This document shows positions 17,176 through 25,396 of a DNA stretch of 64,000 nucleotides, one piece after another. The stretch is from an uncultured Actinomycetes bacterium (GTDB lineage Bacteria; Actinomycetota; UBA4738; CALAEC01). The notes under the pieces are model-generated. The model was given only the letters and a program-made list of their open reading frames with translations, was not told the origin of the DNA and did not search any database. Where the stretch lies: assembly GCA_964551945.1 (NCBI GenBank), contig CAZKFH010000003.1, positions 9,130-73,129 of the forward strand, given 5' to 3'. The position numbers and the translations under genes are program-made. The stretch's first letter is position 1; every line of letters begins with the position of its first letter.

Positions 17176-18303
17176 TCAGTGTAGTGCGTCGATGAGGAGG
17201 CCCCGGAGTCGCCCGGAGAGGGCGTCCCAGGTCAGATCGCGGTGGACGCGATCGGCTCCCGCGGCTCCGAGCTTCGCTGCCTTCTCTGGATCGCCGAGCA
17301 GCTCGAGGATCCCCTCGGCCACCTCGTCCACCTCGTGCCCGTCGACCACGAGCCCGGTCTCGCCGTGGATGACCGCCTCGGGCGCGCCGCCGGAATCGCC
17401 GGCGACCGATGGCCGGCCCACGGCGGAGGCCTGCAGGAACACGGCCCCGAACGCCTCGACCTCGAGCCCGAGCTTCCTCGTCCGGCACGGCATCGCGAAC
17501 ACGTCCCCCGCTCGGAAGTACTGCGGCAGGATGTCGCCTGGCACCTCGCCCGCGAAGATAACCCGGTCAGAGACCTTCTTCCTCATCGCGAGACTCTGCA
17601 GACGCTCGAGATCGGGCCCGGTGCCAACGACGAGGAACCTCGCATCGGGGATCTCGCGCAGTATCCAGGGGAGTGCCCGGATGATCTTGTCCTGTCCCTT
17701 GCGCAGGGTGAGCCTGGACACGCAGCAGATCACGGGATGGTCGTCGAGGCCGTGCAGCTCGCGGACCTCCCGGTCCGAGACCCCGGGGTGGTACCGCTCG
17801 CGGTCGATCCCGGGGGGGAGCAGCTCGATCCGTGGACCCGGCCCTACCATCTGGCGCAGCTCGTCGGCCGCCCACTGCGAGACGCAGGTGACGAGGGCAG
17901 CGCGCTTCGCGATCTGCGAGAGGAGGCGACGGGTCACGGGGACCTGGCCGGCCCACAGCTCGACGCCGTGCGTGAACGCCGCGTACGGCACGCCGGTTCG
18001 CCGTTCGAGCGTTCGGCCCATCAGCGCGAGGGGAGCGGCGGCACCGAACAGCACGATGTCCGGTCGCTCTGCCTCGATCAGCTCGATGACGCGCTCTCGC
18101 ACGGGCCCGGTGGGATACATGCTCTTGGTCTCCCAGCGCACGACCGGGTGCGGGTACGTGGCGTCGAAGGCTTCGGCGCCCGGCCAGCTAGAAGCGAACA
18201 CGAGGACCTCGCCGGTTGGGAAGCGACGCAGCAGCTCTGCCGTGTAGTGGTTGATGCCGCCCACGCGGGGTGGGAAGTCGTTGGTGACGAGGAGGGTCTT
18301 CAC
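17176..18303 (-). CDS. GT4 glycosyltransferase, PimB-like mannosyltransferase family
   Basis: N-terminus LLVTNDFPPRVGGINHY (PimB-type) and C-terminal GT-B EX7E region (EAFGAVFLQASAVGRPSVAGDSGGAPEAV). First gene of the heptose operon. Confidence 0.85.
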   Translation of the reverse strand: MKTLLVTNDFPPRVGGINHYTAELLRRFPTGEVLVFASSWPGAEAFDATYPHPVVRWETKSMYPTGPVRERVIELIEAERPDIVLFGAAAPLALMGRTLERRTGVPYAAFTHGVELWAGQVPVTRRLLSQIAKRAALVTCVSQWAADELRQMVGPGPRIELLPPGIDRERYHPGVSDREVRELHGLDDHPVICCVSRLTLRKGQDKIIRALPWILREIPDARFLVVGTGPDLERLQSLAMRKKVSDRVIFAGEVPGDILPQYFRAGDVFAMPCRTRKLGLEVEAFGAVFLQASAVGRPSVAGDSGGAPEAVIHGETGLVVDGHEVDEVAEGILELLGDPEKAAKLGAAGADRVHRDLTWDALSGRLRGLLIDALH

Positions 18304-18367
18304 TGGGCTCTCCCGAAGTGGCGGGCCTGCGGATGATACTCGGGTGGGCTTGCGGTTGGCTGGTGGG

Positions 18368-19081
18368 ATGATGCGAGCCGTGGATCAGCCCGTGCTGACA
18401 CCGTGGCGGCCCTGGGAGGCCATCCCCGTGGCCCTCGCGGCCCTGTGCACCAGCATCATCGTTGCCGTTGGGTTCGCGGCGGTGGGCGCGGGAGTCGGCG
18501 GCACCCCCCTGTTGCTCTCCGCGATCGCGATGCAGGCCTCCTTCCTCGGTTTCTCGCTTGCGTGGGTCACCATCCGCCACCGCCAGGGCCCCGCCGCCCT
18601 GGGACTTCGCAGTGCCCGTGCGACCCGCGACCTGGCGCTCGGTGCGTGGATCGGGGCGGGGCTCTTCGCGGGAGTCCTGTTCGCCATCCTCCCGGCCATC
18701 GTGGGGCTGTGGACCGTGATCACCGGAGGTCCGCCCGAGCCGATCGAGCAGCCGATCCTGCCGGTCGATCCCGCGCCCCTGCATGTCGTGCTCGGAGCGG
18801 CCGCGGTGGTGATCGCCGCCCCGCTCGGAGAGGAGGTGTTCTTCCGAGGGTTCCTGTTCGGGTCCCTGCGCGGACGAATGGGGTTCGCGCCGGCGGCCGC
18901 GATCTCGGCGGCAATCTTCGCGATCTTCCACATCTCGCCGCTGCTCGTCGTGCTGATGTTCTTCGTGGGGTTGGCGCTCGCCTGGCTCTACGAGCGCAGG
19001 GGGTCCCTGATCGCGCCGATCGGCGCGCACGCGATGTTCAACGTGATCGGCTACACGCTCCTGCTGATGGAACGGACCTGA
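18368..19081 (+). CDS. CPBP (CAAX/Abi) family intramembrane metalloprotease
   Basis: Polytopic, with motif 1 EEVFFRGFLFG and motif 2 FAIFH. ATG ATG at 18368 chosen over the track start at 18251, which would overlap the divergent GT gene. Confidence 0.8.
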   Translation: MMRAVDQPVLTPWRPWEAIPVALAALCTSIIVAVGFAAVGAGVGGTPLLLSAIAMQASFLGFSLAWVTIRHRQGPAALGLRSARATRDLALGAWIGAGLFAGVLFAILPAIVGLWTVITGGPPEPIEQPILPVDPAPLHVVLGAAAVVIAAPLGEEVFFRGFLFGSLRGRMGFAPAAAISAAIFAIFHISPLLVVLMFFVGLALAWLYERRGSLIAPIGAHAMFNVIGYTLLLMERT

Positions 19082-19884
19082 CTCCCGAGACAGCCATCGA
19101 GCGGGCCGCGGACATCCTGCGTGGTGGGAATGTGGTCGCTTTCACCGGTGCGGGGATCTCGGCGGAGTCGGGGATCCCGACATTCCGCGACCCCGGCGGC
19201 ATCTGGGACCGCTTCGATCCCACCGACTTCGGAACGTGGGAGGGGCTCGCGGGCCTGGCGATGACGCGACCCGACGCGCTCGCGGAGTTCCTGGCGGAGC
19301 TGCGACGTGTCTTCGGCCAGGCTCGTCCGGGCCGGGCCCACGTCGCCCTCGCGGATCTGGATCAGGCCGGGTTCATGGCCGGAGTGGTCACCCAGAACGT
19401 CGATGGGCTCCATCAGGACGCGGGCTCGAGCAACGTGATCGAGGTGCACGGAAGCTTCCGCCGGACGCGCTGCCTTGCGTGTGGGCGCGGGGGCGAGGTC
19501 GGTCGTGAGGACTTCCTACTCGACCTGGACCGAGCGATCCTCGGTCTGAGAACGGCGTTCGTGCCGAGCCTCGCCTCGCTGCTTCCCCGGTGCGAGCACT
19601 GCGGCGGCCCCGCGCGTCCCGACTTCGTCGCGTTCGGGGAGGCCGTGCACCGACTTGATGAGGCCGAGGCCCTGGTCCGAGGGTGCCGAGTCCTCCTCGT
19701 GGTGGGGACATCAGGGGAAGTGTTTCCCGCCGCCAGCCTTCCCGAGGACGCGCGGGCGGCCAGTGCAACGGTGGTTGAGGTCGCCGCGGGGGCCTCGTTC
19801 ATCGACGCGGACCTCAGGGTTGATGGTCGCGCCGGTGAGATCCTTCCGCTGCTCGCGGAGGACGTTATCGCGCGTCTTCGCTAG
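19078..19884 (+). CDS. cobB: NAD-dependent protein deacylase, Sir2/CobB family
   Basis: GAGISAESGIPTFRD, TQNVDGLH, EVHG, and Zn ribbon CLACG...CEHCGG. There is no ATG, GTG or TTG in frame between the upstream in-frame sequence and the domain. The provisional start is a CTG overlapping the CPBP TGA (cCTGAc). Confidence 0.8.
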   Translation: MTPETAIERAADILRGGNVVAFTGAGISAESGIPTFRDPGGIWDRFDPTDFGTWEGLAGLAMTRPDALAEFLAELRRVFGQARPGRAHVALADLDQAGFMAGVVTQNVDGLHQDAGSSNVIEVHGSFRRTRCLACGRGGEVGREDFLLDLDRAILGLRTAFVPSLASLLPRCEHCGGPARPDFVAFGEAVHRLDEAEALVRGCRVLLVVGTSGEVFPAASLPEDARAASATVVEVAAGASFIDADLRVDGRAGEILPLLAEDVIARLR

Positions 19885-19893
19885 CATGGACAC

Positions 19894-20250
19894 ATGAGCA
19901 CAGCGCGCAAGGTCCTTATCGGAGGCGTGACGGCCGCACTGCTCGTGTCCACGGGTGGCGTCGGTCTGGCCAAGACGTACACGGTGAAGGCCACTTCCAG
20001 CGACACGTGGAAGAAGGTCCACACGTACATCGGCAAGGGCGACAGCGTGAGCTGGAAGAATCCCGACAGCGAGACCCACGATCTCAACGCGTACGGCGGC
20101 GGTTGGAAGCTGAGCGAGGAGCTCAACCCCGGTGACAGTGCCAAGAAACGCTTCAGGAAGAAGGGGACGTTCCGCTACCGATGCGTGATCCACTCGGGGA
20201 TCGTCAGCGGCGCCTGCAAGGGCATGTGCGGTTTCGTCCACGTCCTCTGA
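19894..20250 (+). CDS. Small secreted cupredoxin-like protein
   Basis: 118 aa with a signal peptide. Plastocyanin-like layout (GDSVSWKNPDSETHD ... GTFRYRCVIHSGIVSGACKGMCGFVHV) with candidate His/Cys/His/Met ligands and an unusually long Cys-to-Met loop. Confidence 0.65.
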   Translation: MSTARKVLIGGVTAALLVSTGGVGLAKTYTVKATSSDTWKKVHTYIGKGDSVSWKNPDSETHDLNAYGGGWKLSEELNPGDSAKKRFRKKGTFRYRCVIHSGIVSGACKGMCGFVHVL

Positions 20251-20277
20251 CGCGGACTCTCAGCTTGATCTGGGTCG

Positions 20278-21939
20278 TTACGCCGCGACCTGACTGGTTA
20301 CGGCGACGGTTTCGAACTCGTCGTCGCCGGCCCACGTCACCGTCACGTTGTGCGTCCCGGCCGACAGACCGAGGTCCGCGGAGAAGGAGCCGTCGGCTCC
20401 CGTGGTGGTCGTCAGCGTGGTGCCGCCGGAACGGATCTCGACGGTCTTGCCGGCGAGAGGCTTGTTGACCCAACCGTCGGCGGTGAGGACCGCGTACCGG
20501 TCGAGTGCGCCGCTGACCGAGCCGCCCGTGGCAGAGTCGCTGACGCGCAGGCGCGACACCTTCTTGGGCACGGCGCCCTCGAAGTGCATGACGTCCACCC
20601 CACGGATGAGCCCGTTGGCGTAGTAGTGGTCCTTGGCGACCGAGATGTCGAACGGCAGCCACTGCGACGCGTTCACCAGGTCGCCGTCCGCGATGTAGTT
20701 GCCCAACGTGTTGCCCCACGTGGTCGGCCCAAGGCCGCGTCCGGGGTTGTGCGAGTACTCGGTGTACTCGCCGCCGGAGGTGAGCGTGGCCGCCCTCGGG
20801 TCCACGACCCAGGTGCCGCCCATGTACAGGCCCACCGTGATCAGCAGGCGCTCGGGCTGGATGTGGAAGCTGTGCAGGTTGCAGGGGCCGAAGTTCGGGT
20901 TGGTCGTCGGCGGGGCCGGAACGGGTTCGGTTGCTGCACCCGTGTAGGGCGCGAACCATGTCCCCATCTTGATCGGGTTCGTCAGGCTGGCTCCGGGCTT
21001 GTACTTCCCGCTGATGTCGTAGAAGTGGAGGCCGCCGCCGGGGCAACGGACGTACGTCTGACCCGTGCCGTTGGCGCCCGCACGGAAGTCGGCGACTGCC
21101 ACGAACGAGGAGTCGGGGGCCGGGTAGGCCTCGTGGGCAAATTCGATGTCGCGATCCCGGTGCTCCAGGACCAGTGTGGGGTTGGCGGGGTCGCTCGTGT
21201 TGAGGATTCCCCATTTCCCATCCCCCGCGGCACTGCAGAAGCCCACGTAGGTGAGGTCGGGATTGTTCGGGTCCGGATAGAACTCGTGGCCGCAGAGGAG
21301 GCCCAGGCCCGGGATGCCCTTCAGGCCGAGGTCCACGGGGTTCCGGGGGTTCGTGTAGTCGATGATGTGCGTCGGCAGCGTCGTGTAGACATAGTTGTCG
21401 CCGATCATCCGGATGGTGTGCGGACCGTCAGTGGCAGGGCTGCTCACCCCGCCTAGCCGTTTCCCCGGGACTGGGGCCGTCTCGGCGGTGCCCAACAGAA
21501 CCGGCGCCTCGATGTCCGAGATGTCCACGAACTCGACGCCGGGGGTCATCCCGTGCCCCACCGATTTGCCCTGTTCCTCGATCGAGAGGGCGACGATGTT
21601 CCGCTCCCCGTTGACCTGCACCCAGGGGTGGTAGTTGACTCCCGGGCTCACGTACCTGCTGACGGTGCTGGGCTTCAGCGGGTCAGAGATGTCGACGATG
21701 TCGAATCCGTTCCCGTGGGCAGCAGCCACCGCGTAGCGCTTCAGGGTGCCGTCGGAGAGGCGTCGCTCGAAGAAGTCGAGGGCGTTGCCGCCGACATTGA
21801 AGGCGTTCCCGCCGGAGTCCGAGTGAACGTCGTGGTGGCTGACGGTGCCGGTGGAGGGAATCTGCGCGGAGGCAGCGCCGTTCACGAGCTGCACTGCGAG
21901 GAGAAGCACGAGGGAGAGGGGTAGATACCGTCGCAACAT
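20278..21939 (-). CDS. Secreted LVIVD-like beta-propeller protein, paralog 4, with C-terminal carboxypeptidase-regulatory/Ig-like domain
   Basis: ATG at 21939 lies 5 nt after GGAGG and 11 nt after the upstream stop. Signal peptide MLRRYLPLSLVLLLAVQLVNGAASA. Motifs FDIVDISDPLKP, VEFVDISDIEAP, ILNTSDPANP. Tail reads GKTVEIRSGGTTLTTTTGADGSFSADL. Confidence 0.7.
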   Translation of the reverse strand: MLRRYLPLSLVLLLAVQLVNGAASAQIPSTGTVSHHDVHSDSGGNAFNVGGNALDFFERRLSDGTLKRYAVAAAHGNGFDIVDISDPLKPSTVSRYVSPGVNYHPWVQVNGERNIVALSIEEQGKSVGHGMTPGVEFVDISDIEAPVLLGTAETAPVPGKRLGGVSSPATDGPHTIRMIGDNYVYTTLPTHIIDYTNPRNPVDLGLKGIPGLGLLCGHEFYPDPNNPDLTYVGFCSAAGDGKWGILNTSDPANPTLVLEHRDRDIEFAHEAYPAPDSSFVAVADFRAGANGTGQTYVRCPGGGLHFYDISGKYKPGASLTNPIKMGTWFAPYTGAATEPVPAPPTTNPNFGPCNLHSFHIQPERLLITVGLYMGGTWVVDPRAATLTSGGEYTEYSHNPGRGLGPTTWGNTLGNYIADGDLVNASQWLPFDISVAKDHYYANGLIRGVDVMHFEGAVPKKVSRLRVSDSATGGSVSGALDRYAVLTADGWVNKPLAGKTVEIRSGGTTLTTTTGADGSFSADLGLSAGTHNVTVTWAGDDEFETVAVTSQVAA

Positions 21940-21950
21940 CCCAGCCTCCA

Positions 21951-23681
21951 TCATCGATCCGTCGGCCCCACGATGATCGTGCCCTGCATGGCCCCGTCCG
22001 TGGGGTTCGTTGTCGATGTGTACTTCCACACGCTTTCGGTGTTTCCGAAGTCGTATCGGTAGGACCCTCGAGGAGGGATGTCCCCCGGGGAGTCCATCTC
22101 GGTGCATGGGTTGGATGTGACGGGAGGCGCGCAAACTTCCTCACCGAAGGTGCGGGCCTGGGTCCTCACATTGTGAGCCACCGTGTCCAGGTTCACCCAC
22201 AGTACCGAGGTGTCCCGTGGGATCGCCACGATCGATGGCACGAACTGGCCGGCCTGCATCTCGATCGTCGCGGTATCCGGCGTGTCGAGCACGTGCACGA
22301 CTCGGTAGATGAGGCCCTGCATGTCGGCGACGTACATCGCCCCATCCGGACCGAATGTGAGGTCCATGGGGAGCACGCCGGTCATGAACTCCCGCTTGCG
22401 CTCGGTAAGGCCCGTCTCCGGATCGATGTCGACGTGGGTGATCTTGTGGCCCGTGGGGACGGCGCCGTTGAGGTTCCACAGGCTGCCCCACTCGCCCACG
22501 AACAGGTCACCGTCGTAGCGCTGCGGGAACTCGCCCCCGCGCTCGAAGGCGAGCCCGGTGGTCCCGTTGTGCGCCTCCCGGAAGAACATGATTGGCCGCA
22601 GAACCTCGCTCTTGCGGCATGGGCCGAAACGGTCGATCGTCGCGGGGTTGGGGTTGTCCTCGGGTTCGAACGTCTCGGGGTGGGGGTGTCCGCCGCCGAT
22701 CTCTCCGATATCCGGGACCGGGAAGTTGTTCGAGTGGCCGCCGTAGAGGCACGAGGGGAAGCCTGCGTCGTCGATGACCGGGCCCATGATCGGGGCGCCG
22801 ATCGCGTCGTGACCCACGACCTTCGTGTCGTTGACGTCGGTGCGGAAGAGGGGCTCGTTCGAGGCCGGCTGATCGGACCCGTTCATCGGCGTGTAGATCA
22901 TCGAGGGATCGCCGGGCCAGAAGTCCACATCGAAGATGTTCCGGTAGCCGGGCGAGACAAGCACGCTCTCGTCGTCCATGCCGTCCGCGGCGAACTCCGC
23001 GTCGTCATCGACGCGCACGTTGTTCCTCAGGTCAACGTTGTTCCACGAGGGATCGACGCGGAGAATGGCTCCGGTCCACGGTTTGACCTCGACCTGTCCG
23101 GCCGGGCAGGGCTCACCGTCGGGCGGTCCGCACTCGATACCGTCGTCGGTGCCGTTGCCGTTGGCCACGTACAGGGCGCCGTCGGGCCCGAAGGTCATGC
23201 CGTTCGTCTGGTGCCGGCCGTTGGGGATGTTGTGCAGAACCGTCCGACGCTGGTCGTAGGTGCCGTCCGCGTTCGTGTCCCGGAGTGCCAGGATGCTGCC
23301 CTTGTTGTCGGCGTTGTCGGCCGCGTACAGGGTGCCGTCCGGGCCGAACGTGATCCCGAGGAGCTGTCCGAAGCCCTCGGCCACGATCTGCGGGGGACCA
23401 CCGACGCCGCCGAGGTCCTCGAACGCGAGGATGCGCCCGTCTCCGAGCCCGAGAAGGACGGCGACGTACAGCCGTCCGTCGGGACCGAAGGTGAGGCTGG
23501 AGGGGAGGAGTCCCGGGGTCGCGGCGAAAACCCCCGCGCCGAATCCGACGGGGACGGTTAGTCCATTAGCCGCCTGGGGGAGGCTGGACTGCGAGCTCGC
23601 GGGGGTTTGCCCGAGCAGGGATGCCGTGAGGCTCGCTGCGATCAGAACGATCTGCGCCCGCCTGCCGAACCTGCGTGTCAA
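21951..23681 (-). CDS. Secreted GSDH/NHL-like beta-propeller (PQQ-type sugar dehydrogenase fold) fused to a C-terminal cupredoxin-like domain
   Basis: TTG start 6 nt after GGGAGGA. Repeated FGPDG blades (LTFGPDGRLYVA, ITFGPDGTLYAAD, MTFGPDGALYVANG, LTFGPDGAMYVAD). C-terminal roughly 110 aa reads VLWVNLDTVAHNV ... GAMQGTIIVGP. Confidence 0.75.
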   Translation of the reverse strand: MTRRFGRRAQIVLIAASLTASLLGQTPASSQSSLPQAANGLTVPVGFGAGVFAATPGLLPSSLTFGPDGRLYVAVLLGLGDGRILAFEDLGGVGGPPQIVAEGFGQLLGITFGPDGTLYAADNADNKGSILALRDTNADGTYDQRRTVLHNIPNGRHQTNGMTFGPDGALYVANGNGTDDGIECGPPDGEPCPAGQVEVKPWTGAILRVDPSWNNVDLRNNVRVDDDAEFAADGMDDESVLVSPGYRNIFDVDFWPGDPSMIYTPMNGSDQPASNEPLFRTDVNDTKVVGHDAIGAPIMGPVIDDAGFPSCLYGGHSNNFPVPDIGEIGGGHPHPETFEPEDNPNPATIDRFGPCRKSEVLRPIMFFREAHNGTTGLAFERGGEFPQRYDGDLFVGEWGSLWNLNGAVPTGHKITHVDIDPETGLTERKREFMTGVLPMDLTFGPDGAMYVADMQGLIYRVVHVLDTPDTATIEMQAGQFVPSIVAIPRDTSVLWVNLDTVAHNVRTQARTFGEEVCAPPVTSNPCTEMDSPGDIPPRGSYRYDFGNTESVWKYTSTTNPTDGAMQGTIIVGPTDR

Positions 23682-23743
23682 CTGGATTCCTCCCGCGCTG
23701 GTGAAGATGCCCTGCGGAAGGATTCACCGCGACTCCCGGGTAC

Positions 23744-23767
23744 CCCTTTGTGCACATGCACAAAGGG
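23744..23767. promoter_or_regulatory. Perfect 11-bp inverted repeat (candidate operator) in a divergent promoter region
   Basis: CCCTTTGTGCA ca TGCACAAAGGG. It lies 63 nt upstream of the GSDH-like gene start (23681, minus) and 36 nt upstream of the S8 peptidase ATG (23803, plus). Confidence 0.5.
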
Positions 23768-23802
23768 CTTTCTGAGGCACGTGGCGTATCTCTCTCCTAG
23801 AC

Positions 23803-25395
23803 ATGAGCGGGCGCGGGCAGCTTCGTGTGCATCTGGTGGGCATCCTGGTCCTGATCGGGGTGCTGGCCTACCCGGGCGCCCCCGCGATCCCCGCTGAGGC
23901 ACCTCTTTCTCTCGCCAAGATCGATCCCGTCCTCTCGACGCAGGTCGCGGTCCGGGGCTTCGCTCCGGCGATCCTCACGTGGGACCGCACCCAGGTCGAA
24001 CGCTCGGAGATCTCCTCGTATCTCGCGGAGAACGAGATCGACGCGAACGTCCTCAACGGGCTCTCCGTCGCCTTCGCCTGCGCCGGGAGCGCCCAGGACC
24101 TGAGCCTTCTGGCCGAGGCCCCCGGTGCCGTGTCCGTCTGGGGGGACCGGGCTCTGAAGCCGGCCCTCGACGAGAGCACCCGGACCGCGTTCAACGGAGA
24201 CCCGAACACGATCTGGCAGGGACAGGGGATCACCGGAAAGGGCGTCGCGATCGGCGTCGTGGACACCGGTATCGACGCGAGCCATCCCGACCTCCAGTCC
24301 GGTATCAAGACGAAGCTGAACATTCGCGTGCTGCTCTCGAAGCACGACGTCACCGGGCCCTACTCGGATCCCTGTGGGATCACCGACACTTATTCCGAGC
24401 AGCTCATCGACTCCGAGCTCACGAGCGGACACGGCACGCACCTCGCCAGCGTCGCTGCCGGCGACGGCACCGTCTCCGGCGGCCGCTACCGGGGAGTCGC
24501 GCCGGGTGCCGACCTCATCGGAGTCGGCGTGAGCGAGTCGACGGCGCCCCAGGCGACGGCCTGCCTGTCCGACCAACCGTGTGCCCCGGAGGGGCAGACC
24601 TACCTATCCCTTCAGGGTGCGATCGCGGGGATGAACTACGTGCTCTCGACGGGGCTCGAGGGCTGCTACGCGCCCTACTGCCCGGAGTTCAAGCCGCTCA
24701 CCGCGAAGGTGATCCTCGCCGGCTGGGTCCAGGAGGGTCTTCACGACCCGTGGCACCCGATGAGCTGGATCGTGGGCGACCTGGGTTGGTACGGGATCAA
24801 CGTGGTCTTCCCCGTTGGGAACGAGGGCCCCACCGCGAGCGACTGCTCGTCCGCAGCGACCTGCTACTTCAATTCCTATGCCGTCGCGGACATGGCCATC
24901 GGTGTCGCGGCCACACCGCGAAGGACTGACGCGACTCTGGAGCCGTACTCCTCTCGAGGCGACCCCATCGCCCGGCAGGCGCGTGGCGAGACCATCAAGT
25001 ACGCCCCGATGCTGTCGGCTCCGGGAACGGGAGTCGTCGCCGCGAGACGGCCGGGATTCGCTCCGGTCGCACAGCTTCCTCTGTCGAACCTCGGTGGCAA
25101 GCCGCACAGCGAGATCGGCATCGATCGCCGGTACGTTCCCCTGACGGGGACGAGCGTCGCCGCCGCCCACGTGGCCGGCGCGATCGCCCTGATGCAGGAA
25201 GCGGCGTTCAAGGGGAGCGGCTGCTACCTCACGGCGCAGCGCGTCATCGACATCCTGCGATCCACCGCGGACCCGATGTCCGGATTCCAGGCTCACGAGA
25301 TCGGTTCCGGAGCGCTCGATGTGAAGAGCGCCGTCAACCAGGCTCGCTCCGGCGGTCCGTCCTCGCCGGATCCCTGGATGTGCCCCAGCTCCTGA
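23803..25395 (+). CDS. Secreted subtilisin-family (S8) serine peptidase
   Basis: Catalytic triad motifs VVDTGIDASHPDL (Asp), SGHGTHLASVAAG (His), LTGTSVAAAHVAGAIALM (Ser). Hydrophobic N-terminal signal. No obvious SD before the ATG. Confidence 0.9.
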   Translation: MSGRGQLRVHLVGILVLIGVLAYPGAPAIPAEAPLSLAKIDPVLSTQVAVRGFAPAILTWDRTQVERSEISSYLAENEIDANVLNGLSVAFACAGSAQDLSLLAEAPGAVSVWGDRALKPALDESTRTAFNGDPNTIWQGQGITGKGVAIGVVDTGIDASHPDLQSGIKTKLNIRVLLSKHDVTGPYSDPCGITDTYSEQLIDSELTSGHGTHLASVAAGDGTVSGGRYRGVAPGADLIGVGVSESTAPQATACLSDQPCAPEGQTYLSLQGAIAGMNYVLSTGLEGCYAPYCPEFKPLTAKVILAGWVQEGLHDPWHPMSWIVGDLGWYGINVVFPVGNEGPTASDCSSAATCYFNSYAVADMAIGVAATPRRTDATLEPYSSRGDPIARQARGETIKYAPMLSAPGTGVVAARRPGFAPVAQLPLSNLGGKPHSEIGIDRRYVPLTGTSVAAAHVAGAIALMQEAAFKGSGCYLTAQRVIDILRSTADPMSGFQAHEIGSGALDVKSAVNQARSGGPSSPDPWMCPSS

Positions 25396-25396
25396 G

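Noticed and set aside
18368-19884. CPBP (Abi-family) plus SIR2 gene pair as a possible anti-phage defence module
   Set aside because: The Sir2 protein has the full CobB-type deacylase motif set and a Zn ribbon, and it is of ordinary length. No extra effector or sensor domains, helicase/HerA partner or mobile-element context is visible. A housekeeping CobB downstream of a membrane protease is the simpler reading. The unusual start codon is reported separately.
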